Under the pieces are notes generated by a model. It searched no databases and had not been told where the DNA came from. It worked only from the letters and a program-made list of their open reading frames with translations. A stretch of DNA of 64,000 nucleotides from an uncultured delta proteobacterium (GTDB taxonomy: Bacteria; Desulfobacterota; Binatia; UBA9968), in contig CAVXEP010000029.1 of the NCBI GenBank assembly GCA_963760795.1, positions 224,001-288,000 on the forward strand, written 5' to 3'. Positions 10,550-21,752 of the stretch are shown piece after piece. Position 1 is the first letter of the stretch. Each line of letters begins with the position of its first letter. Position numbers and translations under genes: made by a program.

Positions 10550-10617
10550 ATCCGTAGAGCAGACGCGCACTGAGCGTATCGCCGACGCCATCACGGGTTT
10601 CTTCGGCAGCATCTAAC
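10550..10617 (+). pseudogene. Relic of a DUF1003-like membrane protein gene
   Basis: Reads QTRTERIADAITGFFGSI*, resembling the start of DUF1003 domains, then stops. Confidence 0.4.
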
Positions 10618-10619
10618 TT

Positions 10620-10811
10620 ATGAAACCGACCCCATCTGAACCCCATCTTCCTACTCTAACGAACGGTTTAACCGTGGCACCCCGAATCACCAACCGGTCC
10701 GTCTATTGCTGTCGCTGTAAAAAACTCTCCTTCTTCGATTACCTCACCAACTGGGCCTACTGCACATACTGCGACATAACTTTTTCACTCCGGGAGCAGC
10801 ATAATAACTGA
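10620..10811 (+). CDS. Possible small zinc-ribbon protein
   Basis: 63 aa with CCRC and CTYC pairs separated by 14 residues; weak RBS. Confidence 0.4.
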   Translation: MKPTPSEPHLPTLTNGLTVAPRITNRSVYCCRCKKLSFFDYLTNWAYCTYCDITFSLREQHNN

Positions 10812-11038
10812 GCACGGAGGGCTAGGTTGATCGATGTGACCTAGGATGCCAAAAGCCGCATCGCGCCCGTGTATGTATCGATGGGCTCATCGGCCTAGCG
10901 CTATGGGAGCGTCGGAAGCCATCAAGATCTGATTCGCAACGCGGAATACGGCAGCGGGTTAATAAAAACAGTAAGGCGGGCAGGCCCAAACAGCGCCCGC
11001 AGCTCTCTCGATCTAATTGACGCGAACGGAATCCTACG

Positions 11039-11749
11039 ATGACACAAGCTCGCGCGGCAGCTTTTCGTCAGCAAAAAAAAACCGGCAAGGTACGCCGGTT
11101 TTTCTATGAGAACGGCCTTTCCATAGTCCTATTCAGTTGCTTCTTGGCTTTCTGGGCAGGCCAGGCTTTGACCGGTCATCGTCAGCATAATGAAGACCTG
11201 AAAGAGCACGGGCAATCCAGCATCGCTTTGTCAGAGTACCTGCGCAGCGACCATTTCCTGGAAGCAACCGCGGAGAATTGGGAAAGCGAGTTTGTGCAGA
11301 TGTTTGCCTACGTGTTGTTTACCGTGTTTCTCTATCAAAAAGGCTCATCGGAATCGAAAAAGCCCGGTGAATTAGAAGCGGTTGACAGAGAAGCGAAACG
11401 ATCGAGTAAAAATGTCCCTTGGCCGGTGCGAAAGGGCGGGGTGATTTTGAAACTCTATGAGAATTCGCTATCGCTGGCGTTTCTCTTGCTCTTCCTTATT
11501 GCATTCTCACTGCACGCAACAGCCGGTGCTAAACTTTACAGTGAAGAACAACAGTTGCATGGCAGCCCGCCGGTTTCAGTTTCTCAATATCTGGGCACTT
11601 CACGCTTCTGGTTTGAGGCGCTGCAAAACTGGCAAAGTGAATTCCTAGCGATCGGATCGATGGTAGTCCTGTCTATTTTTCTGCGCCAGAAAGGCTCGCC
11701 TGAATCCAAGCCGGTTGATAGCCCGCATGCTCAGACCGGAACGGATTAG
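11039..11749 (+). CDS. DUF6766-like membrane protein with an internal two-fold repeat
   Basis: ENGLS..ENWESEF..QKGSSESK repeated as ENSLS..QNWQSEF..QKGSPESK. Confidence 0.8.
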   Translation: MTQARAAAFRQQKKTGKVRRFFYENGLSIVLFSCFLAFWAGQALTGHRQHNEDLKEHGQSSIALSEYLRSDHFLEATAENWESEFVQMFAYVLFTVFLYQKGSSESKKPGELEAVDREAKRSSKNVPWPVRKGGVILKLYENSLSLAFLLLFLIAFSLHATAGAKLYSEEQQLHGSPPVSVSQYLGTSRFWFEALQNWQSEFLAIGSMVVLSIFLRQKGSPESKPVDSPHAQTGTD

Positions 11750-11774
11750 GCTCTGGTTAGGTCGCCCGTCACAA

Positions 11775-12257
11775 TTAAGAATTTTTGCCTAGCGCCTCGA
11801 CTGCGGATTCCAGCCTGAGAGTCTCCGCGCGGCTACGTTGTTCGATGGCCCTTTGAATAAGACGATTATAGTCGGCGCAACGAAGCTGCGGAGAAACCTC
11901 CGCAGCGGCTTTCAGCGCGTCCCATAATCCTAGTTTACCTGCGATGCCCAGTGACAAAAATTCGAGACATTCAAACAGGCGCAAGGGTCCATCGGCACTG
12001 TCGTCGAGGCGCATTTTTAGCGCAGTAGCCTGCTCTGCAACCCAGCCGCCGATTTTGCGCGCTCGGCTTTCGCCGACATCCAGCCTTGACATCAGCGCCT
12101 GGAGATCTAGCCGGTCTGCTTCGATATCCGCGCGCAGAGCCGACAATTGCGGCCGGAGCTCGTCATACAACTCCTCCAACGACTCCAGAAGTCGCACTGC
12201 CGCCACTGCGCCCGCCAGGTGATCGTTCAAATAAGTGGCCACGCGTTTGTTGACCAT
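11775..12257 (-). CDS. Ferritin-like fold hypothetical protein
   Basis: YLNDHLAGA, DIEADR and LEFLSLGIAGK.LW pattern; GGAGG RBS. Confidence 0.7.
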   Translation of the reverse strand: MVNKRVATYLNDHLAGAVAAVRLLESLEELYDELRPQLSALRADIEADRLDLQALMSRLDVGESRARKIGGWVAEQATALKMRLDDSADGPLRLFECLEFLSLGIAGKLGLWDALKAAAEVSPQLRCADYNRLIQRAIEQRSRAETLRLESAVEALGKNS

Positions 12258-12432
12258 AACCTGGCCTCCTTCTTATGGTAGCATTTAACTTGTAGTGAAG
12301 CCGAAAGTCGCCGCTACCGCAAAGCGTTGGAAAATTTTGCGACGGTCTTCCGGAGACTTATCTAAAACATTTAATTGCGAATCTGGCCGCGTGAATATCC
12401 CCTAGAGGAATTTTCACCGCCCGAATGCGACG

Positions 12433-13050
12433 TCATGGTCGCGTGGACGCCGTGGTTTGTGCGCCGGCAGGGAAACAGATCTCGGGCGAGGGTTTAATAT
12501 CTGCCTTGAGCACACGTTGCATAAGGGAAAGGACTCGCCGGTTTTCCTCTGGGTCCTCGGAGGCTATGCAATCACGCGGTACCAGAAGTCTAAGGTCACG
12601 CATATAAGCGTCGTTAGCGGTAAATAGCACGCAGATATCGCCGGCGATTCCCGTGACGATCACCGTCTCGACACCGAGATATTTCAGCAAAGTATCCAGA
12701 TTTGTCTGGTAAAACGCGGAGTGTTTCGGCTTAAGAATAAAGTAGTCATCTGGTTCCGGGGCAAGGCGCTGGACTAGAGGTTTTCCCCGAATGCCTTCAC
12801 CGAGGCAATACTGCACCAGTTTGGGAAAATCCGACCGCCAGCGGCCGAAGTTATCGTTGGCATAAATCGCCGGGATGCCCGCCTGTTTCGCCCTCAATTT
12901 AAACTCGCGCAGGGCGTCAGCCGTAGGCAAAGCGTGCTTCAGGAGCTTTTCACCGCCTGGGAACTCTAGATCGTTGATCACGTCGACGAGTAGTAACGCA
13001 ATCGGCGAGTTATCCGGCGCGTGCGCTAATCCGTCCCGCTGGTTCTCCAT
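12433..13050 (-). CDS. Isochorismatase-family cysteine hydrolase
   Basis: Asp-Lys-Cys triad: LVDVIND, LKPKHSAF, GIAGDICV. Confidence 0.92.
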   Translation of the reverse strand: MENQRDGLAHAPDNSPIALLLVDVINDLEFPGGEKLLKHALPTADALREFKLRAKQAGIPAIYANDNFGRWRSDFPKLVQYCLGEGIRGKPLVQRLAPEPDDYFILKPKHSAFYQTNLDTLLKYLGVETVIVTGIAGDICVLFTANDAYMRDLRLLVPRDCIASEDPEENRRVLSLMQRVLKADIKPSPEICFPAGAQTTASTRP

Positions 13051-13127
13051 ACCCGTGCGTTTGCCTCTGCCTCACCATTACTTAACTCGGGAAAACCAGT
13101 GTGCCGCCAAGCAACTTGTAGGGCGGG

Positions 13128-13159
13128 CAGGGAGGGATTTATTAAAAAATCCCTCCCTG
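13128..13159 (-). terminator. Hairpin downstream of the hemerythrin gene
   Basis: CAGGGAGGGATTT-ATTAAA-AAATCCCTCCCTG. Confidence 0.7.
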
Positions 13160-13182
13160 TGTCGTGGGGTCTTGTGGAATGA

Positions 13183-13626
13183 TTAGCTGGCTTTGCGTTG
13201 CCGCTGACCCTTTGCTGCTTCGAGGTCCGCGCCGAGCTGTTCAAGCTTTTGTTTGCCCATAATTTGGCGAAGTTTGGGAAACATTTTCCCTTCTTCTTCT
13301 TCTTCCGCGTGGTGCTCTACGTTCTCCATCAGCACCTTTAGTTTGGGCTCAAATTTTTCGCTGTCCGAGGCCAAACTGTCCATTTCGCGCAGCAGCGTCT
13401 TGATCTGTTTATGTTCTTCCAGCGACTCGAGCACCATGTCTTTGAGCTCTTCATGCTCTTGTACCGCGGGGTAGAAGACGGTCTCCTCGATACGCGCATG
13501 GGTTTCGAGCTCGGTTTTGATCTCCTCGAAGACTTCTTGCTGATCTTCTCCTTCGGTATCTTCGGCCTGTTCGAAGAGCTCTTTAACCTTTTGATGATCC
13601 TGTTTAAGTAGTTCTAAAGCGTCCAT
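13183..13626 (-). CDS. Hemerythrin/HHE cation-binding protein
   Basis: DH, HARIEE..FYP, EEH and HHAEEEE motifs. Confidence 0.92.
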   Translation of the reverse strand: MDALELLKQDHQKVKELFEQAEDTEGEDQQEVFEEIKTELETHARIEETVFYPAVQEHEELKDMVLESLEEHKQIKTLLREMDSLASDSEKFEPKLKVLMENVEHHAEEEEEGKMFPKLRQIMGKQKLEQLGADLEAAKGQRQRKAS

Positions 13627-13663
13627 TTGATTTATCTCCTTAATCGATTTTCAAGTTGTATAG

Positions 13664-13679
13664 AGCAAATGATAGACCA
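13664..13679 (-). promoter_or_regulatory. Putative sigma-54 promoter
   Basis: TGGTCTATCATTTGCT about 37 nt upstream of the hemerythrin ATG. Confidence 0.6.
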
Positions 13680-13862
13680 CACGATAAATGATAGATTGCG
13701 CGGTATTACGCCGCTGGATTGTCCCGGTCCTAGGATTTGACAACGATGCCGCGGTCAACGATGGGACACGCGTGAAATATCAAGGAGGTAATTGCCGGGA
13801 AAAAATTCAGAAAACGTGGGCGCCCGAATTCTCAAAAGAAGGATCTTAGAATCTCCCATCGT

Positions 13863-14105
13863 TCAACTATTGTCATCTTCGTTTTTCTTGACGCCGCGGA
13901 TGTTTAATCCGACTAGGCAAACTTGCAAGACCACCATCGCCCACGCCTGAGCGTGCCAGCCCCAGATTACCCAAAGAATGTTACCGGCTAGAAAACAGTA
14001 AAAACCAATTTTTCGGCGCAGTTCTCGCTGGGAAGCGATTAACCAAGCGGCGAGGACATTGGTCACCATTGCGGGCCACTGTAAGAGGTCGAGCCAATTT
14101 AGCAT
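13863..14105 (-). CDS. Small three-TM membrane protein
   Basis: LQWPAM..AAWLIAS.RRKIGF..NILWVIWGWH hydrophobic pattern; start site uncertain. Confidence 0.7.
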   Translation of the reverse strand: MLNWLDLLQWPAMVTNVLAAWLIASQRELRRKIGFYCFLAGNILWVIWGWHAQAWAMVVLQVCLVGLNIRGVKKNEDDNS

Positions 14106-14229
14106 CTGATCGGCACCAGTCGCGTAGGTCGTTCGTCTCTGGGTCAAATGAACCTGTTGGCCTTAGACAAGCCGAGCGCTACTTTGGAATAGAAGCGAAG
14201 AGAACCACGAAAACGAAAACTGTCGGTGT

Positions 14230-14502
14230 TTACCAGCCGCGCGTCAGATAATCGGCGAAGACAAAAGTCATTAGCAGGGCGAGCCAGAGCACTCCGGCGC
14301 CGGCAAACAGCAACGTGAGCCGCTGGCTGTGGCGCAGGTGCATGAAATAGGTCGCCACCAGCAGCGCTTTGACGATGGCGATGGTGAGCCCGACGATGGT
14401 GTTCCACCGGGCGCCAAGATCGACGAACGCTGCGCCGGTGGTGGCCAAAGTCAATGCCAGCAAGGCGGCGAAAACGACGTAGTAAGTTTTTACCGCGATC
14501 AT
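14230..14502 (-). CDS. ctaF: Cytochrome c oxidase (caa3) subunit IV
   Basis: [12 protein letters not shown] motif; ATGA overlap with the subunit III stop. Confidence 0.88.
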   Translation of the reverse strand: MIAVKTYYVVFAALLALTLATTGAAFVDLGARWNTIVGLTIAIVKALLVATYFMHLRHSQRLTLLFAGAGVLWLALLMTFVFADYLTRGW

Positions 14503-15146
14503 AGGTGGCGGCCGAGCAGATAAAACAGCGGAAACAAAAAAATCCAAATGATATCGACGAAGTGCCAGTACAGACCGGCGATCTCCACCGGCGTATGGTA
14601 GATGCTGTTGTAACGGCCGCGGCGCGCGGCGACGACCAGCCATGCGAAGATCGCGATGCCGATAATCATGTGCAGGGCATGCATCCCGGTCATGGCGAAG
14701 TAAAAAGAAAAGAATAGCGCCGCCTGCCGCGGGTTTTGGCCGGTATATGAGAAATTGACTCCGGGGACAAGGTTCTCATGGAACTTGTGCAAGTATTCGG
14801 TGGATTTGATGCCGAGAAATACCAGGCCCAATAAAATCGTCAGTACTAGCAGTTGCACCAGAGCGTGGCGCCGGTCCTGTTGCGCTGCATGCACGGCGAG
14901 CACCACGGTCAAGCTGCTGGCGATCAGCACCACGGTGTTGATCATGCCGAGAAGGATATCCATGTGGTTGCTGGCCTGGGTGAACGCTTCGGGGTAGAGA
15001 GAGCGATAGACCGCATAGCCTAAAAACATGCCGCCGAAAAATAAAATCTCAGTGGCAAGAAAAGCCCACATGCCGAGATTGGCGGCGTCGTGCTGCTGCT
15101 CGAGATCGTCGAATTGGTGCGCTAGGACTTCAGGAGTTGGCGCCAC
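14499..15146 (-). CDS. ctaE: Cytochrome c oxidase subunit III
   Basis: [16 protein letters not shown] and GLYWHFVD motifs. Confidence 0.95.
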   Translation of the reverse strand: MAPTPEVLAHQFDDLEQQHDAANLGMWAFLATEILFFGGMFLGYAVYRSLYPEAFTQASNHMDILLGMINTVVLIASSLTVVLAVHAAQQDRRHALVQLLVLTILLGLVFLGIKSTEYLHKFHENLVPGVNFSYTGQNPRQAALFFSFYFAMTGMHALHMIIGIAIFAWLVVAARRGRYNSIYHTPVEIAGLYWHFVDIIWIFLFPLFYLLGRHL

Positions 15147-16725
15147 GGTCTTGCTCCGATGGGTAGGTATAAACCTCGCAGGTCACCACTGGGGTAACGG
15201 CGAAATTTTCCGTGGGCGGCGGCGACGCGGTCTGCCATTCCAAGCCGCTCGCGCCAAATGGATTGGCGCTCGCCGGCGGGCCGTAGCGCATCGACCAGAT
15301 GAAATAAACCATCGGAATGAGATAGCCGACGCCGAGGATCGAGGCGCCCGCCGAGGACATGACGTTCAATACCTGAAACTCGTCGGGGTAAGCGTAGTAG
15401 CGCCGCGGCATGCCCAAATAGCCCAGTAAAAACTGCGGGAAAAAAGTCAGATTGAAACCGACAAAAATTACCAAGGCGGCAAACTTCGCCCAGCCTTCCG
15501 GATACAGCCGGCCGGAAATTTTCGGCCACCAAAAGTGCAGCCCGCCGAGATAGCCCATGATAGTGCCGCCGACCATGATGTAGTGAAAGTGCGCGACGAC
15601 GAAATAGGTGTCGTGAACGTGCACATCGACGGCCAGAGTCGCGAGAAAAAGGCCGGTCAAGCCGCCGATGGTGAACAGGCCGATAAAGCCGAGGGCGTAG
15701 AGCAGAGGGGTCTGCCAGGACACCGAACCTTTGTACAGAGTCGCCGTCCAGTTAAAAACTTTGATCGCCGAGGGGATCGCCACGAACATGCTCAAAAAGG
15801 AAAACACCATGCCGGCATACACCGATTGGCCGCTGACGAACATATGGTGGCCCCAGACGAAAAAGCCCAGCACTGCGATGGCGATGCTGGAGAAAGCGAC
15901 GAACGGATAACTGAAGATGCGTTTGCGCGAAAAGGTCGTGATCAGCTCGCTGATCACTCCCATGGCGGGGAGAATCATGATGTAAACCGCCGGATGGGAA
16001 TAAAACCAGAACAGGTGTTGAAAGAGAATCGGATCGCCGCCCAGAGCGGGATTGAAAATCCCCAAGCCGAGCAACCGCTCGAGGGCCAACAGCACGATGG
16101 TGATCGCCAGCACCGGGGTGCCGAGCAATATAATGACGCTGGTCGCATAATGCGACCAGATAAACAGCGGCAAACGAAACCAGGTCTGCCCAGGGGCGCG
16201 CATGGTGTGGATGGTCACGACGAAATTGAGCCCGGTCATGATCGAGGAAAAACCGACGATGAAGGCGCCGAGGGCGGTAGCGATGACATAGCTGTTGCTG
16301 TAGACCGTGCTGTAGGGCGTGTAGAACGTCCATCCGGTATCGACGCCGCCGGCGAGCATGGCGCCCAGAAGGAAGAGCCCGCCGGTGACAAACACGTACC
16401 AGCTCGCCAGATTTAACCGGGGAAAGGCGAGATCGCGCGCGCCCAACATCATCGGCACCAGGAAATTTCCCAAGACTGCCGGAATGGCCGGGATCAAAAA
16501 CAAAAAAATCATGACGATGCCGTGCATGGTGAACAGCTTGTTGTAAGTCTCGGCCTGCACCAGATCGCCCTGAGGGGTCAAGAGCTCGATGCGAAAGATC
16601 ACCGCCGCCGCGCCGCCGATGAAAAAGAACAGCGTCACCGCGCCTAGATACAAAAGCGCGATGCGCTTGTGATCTCTGGTCAGCAACCAGGACTTCACGC
16701 CGTAGTTGACGTTGAGATAGTTCAT
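15130..16725 (-). CDS. ctaD: Cytochrome c oxidase subunit I, type A2
   Basis: YSHPAVY (A2 YS motif), WGHH, AHFH; D-channel N/D/N/N and K-channel Lys (PSAIKV) intact. The ATG at 16725 overlaps the corrected subunit II stop. Confidence 0.96.
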   Translation of the reverse strand: MNYLNVNYGVKSWLLTRDHKRIALLYLGAVTLFFFIGGAAAVIFRIELLTPQGDLVQAETYNKLFTMHGIVMIFLFLIPAIPAVLGNFLVPMMLGARDLAFPRLNLASWYVFVTGGLFLLGAMLAGGVDTGWTFYTPYSTVYSNSYVIATALGAFIVGFSSIMTGLNFVVTIHTMRAPGQTWFRLPLFIWSHYATSVIILLGTPVLAITIVLLALERLLGLGIFNPALGGDPILFQHLFWFYSHPAVYIMILPAMGVISELITTFSRKRIFSYPFVAFSSIAIAVLGFFVWGHHMFVSGQSVYAGMVFSFLSMFVAIPSAIKVFNWTATLYKGSVSWQTPLLYALGFIGLFTIGGLTGLFLATLAVDVHVHDTYFVVAHFHYIMVGGTIMGYLGGLHFWWPKISGRLYPEGWAKFAALVIFVGFNLTFFPQFLLGYLGMPRRYYAYPDEFQVLNVMSSAGASILGVGYLIPMVYFIWSMRYGPPASANPFGASGLEWQTASPPPTENFAVTPVVTCEVYTYPSEQDRGANS

Positions 16726-17737
16726 TTCAGACAAACTCGTCCAAATCCTTTAATGAAGTTAGCCTTTTTTAAGGGCCTTGATGTACGCCAACAGCTGCAT
16801 CAGCTCCTCTTCGTTTACTCTGTCCCTGAAACGACGGCATTAACGCTTGGAATCCGGCGGTGATTTTCGCTTGCGGTTGAAGGATCGACTCGCGGATGTA
16901 GCTTTCGTTCGCCAGCGTGGTGCGGCCGTCTTGCAAACGCACCGGGTTGCCGAAGACGCCGTTCAACAACGGCCCGATGCCTTGACGGTCTGGCAGGTGG
17001 CAGCTGGCGCAACCGAGTTGTTGAAACAGGCGGTGGCCGCGGTCGGCGACCGATCCTTCGGCACGCGACAGCGTCGATGCCGCCATAGCCGAACCGGGGG
17101 CCGCGGTGTCGCCACTCAGCCAAGCGGCGTACTGCACCGGTTCGAGCACCACGATGCGGCCGATCATGCCCGAGTGTTGCGTGCCGCAATACTCGGCGCA
17201 GAACATGTGAAATCGGCCGGTCTTGGTGGCCTCGAACCAGACGGTGGTGTAGCGGCCAGGCACCGCGTCTTGCTTGACCCGAAACGCCGGCACGTAAAAA
17301 CTGTGAATCACATCTTCGCTGGCGATGACCAGCTTCACGGGCTGCCCGAGGGGCACATGAAGCTCGTTGATCTCACGCTGGCCGTCGGGGTGCTGGAACT
17401 TCCACATCCACTGGCGGCCGACGACGAATATTTCCAGCGAATCATTGGGCGGGCGGGACATCGAAAAGTAAACTTTCGCGCCCCAGACAAACATGACCAT
17501 GGTCAAAGCGAGTGGGACCACCGTCCAAACGATTTCCAACGTAAGATTGTCGTTGACCAGGGCGGGGGCATGTTCTTCGCCGGCCCGGTGATGATACTTA
17601 ATGGCAAAGTAAATGACCGCGCCGAAAATGAGCAGCGAAAAAAATCCGCTGATCATTACGAGAAAAAAATAAATCGCATCGACGCGGCCGGCTAAAGTAG
17701 ATGCCTGTTCGGGGAATAGGGGAAAGTTGGACCGCAT
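16722..17737 (-). CDS. ctaC: Cytochrome c oxidase subunit II with fused cytochrome c (caa3); +1 frameshift near 16818
   Basis: [21 protein letters not shown] CuA site, CASCH. Removing one base gives ..[17 protein letters not shown].. ending in an ATGA overlap with ctaD. Confidence 0.93.
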
Positions 17738-17751
17738 AACTAGATCAAAAC

Positions 17752-17862
17752 GCGTTCAAGCTGGTCAACCACTTCGTTCCGTTCAAGCGGTTCAAGCCGT
17801 CTAGGAGGGCGCGACAGTTGAAACCTCCGCAGCGCTTGAACGGTCGGACGAGTTCAAGCGGT
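17752..17862. repeat. GTTCAA-family inverted intergenic repeat (copy A)
   Basis: GTTCAAGC/GTTCAAGCCG units followed by TTGAACGG. Confidence 0.7.
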
Positions 17863-18636
17863 TTTCCGCCGCTCGCGCAGTAACATGATCGCGATAAATC
17901 CGCCGACGGCGGCCACCGTGATCAGCGCCGAGACGCGCAGGATGTTGAGGATCGCCAGCGTGTAGCGGCCCTGGGCGGGATCGTACCGATAACAGAGCAT
18001 CAGCAGATGGTCGAGGGGTGAGCCGATGCGGTTGCCGGAGGCTTCGATGAGCGCGAAGCGCAACTCTTTGGGCGGAAAGTCGATGGTTGAAAAGTAGCGC
18101 GAAATTCTTCCCTCCGGCGTGAGCACCAGAGTATTGGCTGCATGGATGAAACTTTCTCGCCCGGCGTTTTGGCTCGGGCGATAGCGAAAGCCCGCGGCTT
18201 GGGTCAGCGCTTCGATGGTTTGGGCCGAGGCGGTGAGAAAATGCCAGCTCGCCGCGCCGTGGATCGCTTTTTTCTTGCGCGCGGCCAGCGCCGCGGTTTC
18301 GGCTGGATCGATGCTCACCGCAACTACTTGATAATCCTCGCCGGCCAGGCGCAACACGCGCAAGCTGCGCCCGAGTCCCTCCAAGACCAGCGGGCAGAGC
18401 TGCGGGCAGTCGTAGTAAACGAAAGCCAGGAGCACCGGCTTGCCGTTGAAATAATGTCGTAGTGACACCGCCGCGCCGGTTTCGTCGCGCAGCGCGAGAT
18501 CCAAGGGCAGCTGGTTGTTCAAGCGTTCCTCGATGGTGACCGATTCCAGTAACGCTTTCTGGCGATCGCCGTCGTGGGCGAGAGCCGGGGAAACCAGAAC
18601 AAACGCTATTAGGGCAATAATAATGAGACTTGGCAT
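17854..18636 (-). CDS. SCO1/SenC copper chaperone
   Basis: Signal peptide, CPQLC, conserved His (FIHAA), C-terminal TM segment. Confidence 0.9.
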   Translation of the reverse strand: MPSLIIIALIAFVLVSPALAHDGDRQKALLESVTIEERLNNQLPLDLALRDETGAAVSLRHYFNGKPVLLAFVYYDCPQLCPLVLEGLGRSLRVLRLAGEDYQVVAVSIDPAETAALAARKKKAIHGAASWHFLTASAQTIEALTQAAGFRYRPSQNAGRESFIHAANTLVLTPEGRISRYFSTIDFPPKELRFALIEASGNRIGSPLDHLLMLCYRYDPAQGRYTLAILNILRVSALITVAAVGGFIAIMLLRERRKTA

Positions 18637-18651
18637 CTTATTGGTTTTAGG

Positions 18652-18771
18652 GTTCCAATCGTTCAATCGCTGCGCTTCGTTCAAGCCGTTCAAACCGTCT
18701 CGGAGGTTACAACAGTTTAGAGCTCTTTGAAGAGGAAGATGGAGCGTAGCGATTGAACGGTTTGAACGGCT
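18652..18771. repeat. GTTCAA-family inverted intergenic repeat (copy B)
   Basis: Left arm GTTCAATCGCTGCGCTTCGTTCAAGCCGTTCAAACCG; right arm AGCGTAGCGATTGAACGGTTTGAACGG. Confidence 0.85.
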
Positions 18772-19167
18772 TTATTTTTTCCGCGCCGGCAGGCCGCGCT
18801 GCGCCGTCAGTTCCATGGCGCGTTCGATGGGGATGCGAACAATGCCTTTTTGCTGATCGATCCAACCGTAGCTATGCAAGATTTTGTCTTCGGCGGCGCG
18901 CATTTCTGCCATCTCGCTACGCGGCGATATTTGCAGGGGCGGGCCGGTGGTTTGCGGCGTGCTTTGCCGGATGCCGACCGGATCATGGCCAAGCCGGCTT
19001 TCCCGCGTGCTGAAAAAATTGAATAGCCAAAAGAGAAACACCAGAATCAGCACCACGGCGGCGGCCAAACCGACACCCCAATAAGTGATACGGCGCAGAT
19101 CGACATCGCTGCTTTCGTGGCTGACCGCCGGATTGTCCTGCCGCGGCGCGTCGGTGTGCTCAACCAT
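18772..19167 (-). CDS. ACIII-associated single-TM protein (ActG-like position)
   Basis: HESSDVD, TM helix, PPLQ..YGWID..G.VRIPIERAM; lies between actF and SCO. Confidence 0.75.
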   Translation of the reverse strand: MVEHTDAPRQDNPAVSHESSDVDLRRITYWGVGLAAAVVLILVFLFWLFNFFSTRESRLGHDPVGIRQSTPQTTGPPLQISPRSEMAEMRAAEDKILHSYGWIDQQKGIVRIPIERAMELTAQRGLPARKK

Positions 19168-20339
19168 GGTCGATGGCCTCGCGGGCGTAGGGATCGCGCA
19201 ACGGCCATAGCGGTCCGCTGGCGCAAATTGCGCAAGAACATGGCTAGCCAGATGCCGCCGAGGCCCACGGGCGCGGCAATATCCATCCAGTGAATTGTCA
19301 AACGACCGGGGTTAAAGGCCGGGGCGGTGTACCAGAAAATATCGATCATGCGCATGATGATGATGGCGCCGGCGACCGCGGCTAATGCGGGCGCCGGCCG
19401 TTTGACTTTGCGCGACAACAGCAACAGGAAGGGCACGATAAAATGGAAGACGACCAAGGCGATGACGACCCACTGCCAACCGCCGCGGTTGCGGCGCAGG
19501 TACCACGAGATCTCCTCGGGCAAGTTGCCCGACCAGATTATGATCCACTGTGAATAGGCGAAGTAAGCCCAGAGCATGACGAAGGCGAGGAGCAAATTGC
19601 CGAGGTCGCGAAAATGCGACGGCGTAACCATTGCCGTGACCGGCGCATGTCGTGCCAGCACAATGGCGACGAGAATGGTAAAGGCGAACCCCGCCAATCC
19701 GTGGCCGCCAAAAAAATGCACACCATAAATAGTCGAATACCAGTGCGGCTCGAGGGACATGGTCCAATCCATGGATGCAAACGTGACGGTCAGGCCATAG
19801 AGCAATAAACCCGGCGCGCTGGCCATGCGCTGACGCGCGATAAGGTGGGCATCGGCGCTGCGGTCATGGTGATCCGACCAGCGTCCCAGAAAAAATGACC
19901 CGCCGGCCCAAATCGCAAAATAAAGCGCGGCGCGGGTGACGAAGAATGGCACGTTCAAATAAGCCGCTTTGTGGCGCAGCAATGCATCGTGCGCCAAAGC
20001 CTCCGGGCGAGCCCACTCATAGAGGCTGTGCAGTCCGAACAATAGGGGGACGTATAGCAAAGCCATCAACGGCAGCGTTTTCATTGCCGACTCCAGCGGG
20101 CGACGGATGACCATGCCCCAGGCGCCGCCGGAAAGATTGTGCAGCATGACGATGCCCAGGCAGCCGAGCGCGATGCCGAGCCAGAAAACATACGCGAAAA
20201 GATAGGATTGAAAAAACTGCTGGCGGCTAAACCAGGCGCCGACGAGACACAGCGTTAAACCGGCGATGCCGACGATCAGGGAAACGCGCTGAAAAGTTTC
20301 CCAGCCCTCGAAGGTGCGCGGCTCGTTCGCGGTGGCCAT
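19160..20339 (-). CDS. actF: Alternative complex III subunit F; +1 frameshift near 19215
   Basis: Polytopic; DWTMSLEPHWYSTIYG and WSGNLPEE motifs. Corrected end reads RQRPLWPLRDPYAREAIDHG*. Confidence 0.88.
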
Positions 20340-21020
20340 CAGGGCTTACTCCCGGTGAGCTGGTCGCGCTGGGTTGCCGGAACGTCGTCGAGCTTTGCGT
20401 TCTGGCTCAATTGCAAAGCCTTTATGTAGGCGATAATCGCCCAACGATCCTGGGCGGTGATCTGGACGCCGTAGCCGGGCATAGCGCCGATACCCTGAGT
20501 GATGACGCGAAATAAATGGCCCACCGGCTGCTTATTCAAAATTTCGCTATGCAAAGAGGGCGGCCGGGAGTAGCCGCGGCGCACGATCATGCCGTTACCG
20601 CTGCCGGTCCGGTCGTGACAGGGCGTGCAATATATCTCGTAGCGCTCCTGGCCGCGGTGCAGCACTTCGATGGTCACCGGCAAAGGAAACTCCGTGGCGA
20701 CAGCCGTGTCGGTGCCGCCGTTAAAAAACTGCTCGTCATCCCTCAGCTGCGCCGCGTGCCACAGTGCCTTCGACCAGCGGCCGGGCCGACTGGCCGTCCG
20801 GAAAAAATTTGCTCGCTTCGAGCGGATCGTAGCGCGGTTGATCGGCCATCTCCTGGCGGCAGGCGGTCATCATAACGAATATCGCGGCGATCGTTGTAAG
20901 AAGAAGCCAATTCAGGGGTCGAGGATGGAGAATCGCGGATGGAGGATGGCAGAGAATCGCCAGACGTCCGGCGATCCAAAATAAAAACCGCCGTGCAATC
21001 TTTCGATCCTCGATGCTCAA
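20339..21020 (-). CDS. actE: Alternative complex III subunit E, monoheme lipoprotein; +1 frameshift near 20750; start uncertain
   Basis: Lipobox TAC-RQEMADQP, GTVARG, YCTPCH, MPGYG..DRWAIIAY across ORFs 20736-21020 and 20339-20683. Confidence 0.88.
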
Positions 21021-21037
21021 TCCTCGATCCTCAATCT
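20920..21037. repeat. Inverted heptamer tandem repeat (GAGGATG / ATCCTCG)
   Basis: GAGGATGGAGAATCGCGGATGGAGGATG ... GATCCTCGATGCTCAATCCTCGATCCTCAAT. Confidence 0.75.
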
Positions 21038-21039
21038 TT

Positions 21040-21564
21040 TTAGAATTCCACTTCGCTCACCGAGCGCGGCTCCATGCGATCTAAAAAGCGCCATGTGTCG
21101 TCGCGCACGAATTTAGGGTCCGCCGCTTCGATGCAGAGAAAGAACCGGTCGCGGCTGGCTAGGGCGAAGCGTGGCGCGTTGAATACCGGGTGATGCGGCA
21201 TGGGCAGTCCATTTAGGGCCAGCATGCCTAAGACGGCGAAGAGGCCCGCGCAAAGAATGGTCAGCTCAAAAGTCACCGGGATGAAAGCCGGCCAACTGTG
21301 CAGCGGACGGCCGCCGATGTTCAACGGATAGTCGATCACCGCGATGTAGTATTGCATGAGATAGCCGACGAGGGCGCCGGTGATGCCGCCGATCAACACC
21401 ATCGCTGCCACGCCTGTGTGCTCAAGCCCCAAGGCTTCGTTCAATTCTTCGACAGGAAAGGGCGTGTATGCATCCATCCGGCGATAGCCCGCGGCATGGG
21501 CTTCGCGCGCCGCGGCGACAAGAGCGCTCGGATTGTCGAATTCGGCCATCAAACCGTAGATCAT
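21040..21564 (-). CDS. actD: Alternative complex III subunit D (DUF3341)
   Basis: MDAYTPFP, YPLNIGGRP..FIPVTFELTIL motifs. Confidence 0.92.
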   Translation of the reverse strand: MIYGLMAEFDNPSALVAAAREAHAAGYRRMDAYTPFPVEELNEALGLEHTGVAAMVLIGGITGALVGYLMQYYIAVIDYPLNIGGRPLHSWPAFIPVTFELTILCAGLFAVLGMLALNGLPMPHHPVFNAPRFALASRDRFFLCIEAADPKFVRDDTWRFLDRMEPRSVSEVEF

Positions 21565-21576
21565 AAAATTCCAAGC

Positions 21577-21752
21577 GCGTTCAAACCGTTCAAGCGCTTT
21601 GCTCCGTTCAATCGCTCACGCTCCGTTCAAACCGTGCCTTCCCGAAGCGAGAAGCGGGCGCGCTTCGCCGCGCGGCGTTTTCTTTCCCCGCGACGCGGAG
21701 TAGGGGCTTGAGCGATTTGAACTAAGCGTAGCGATTGAACGATTTGAACCGG
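21577..21752. repeat. GTTCAA-family inverted intergenic repeat (copy C)
   Basis: GTTCAAACCGTTCAAGCG..GTTCAATCGCT..GTTCAAACCG, GC-rich palindromic core, then AGCGTAGCGATTGAACGATTTGAACC. Confidence 0.85.
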
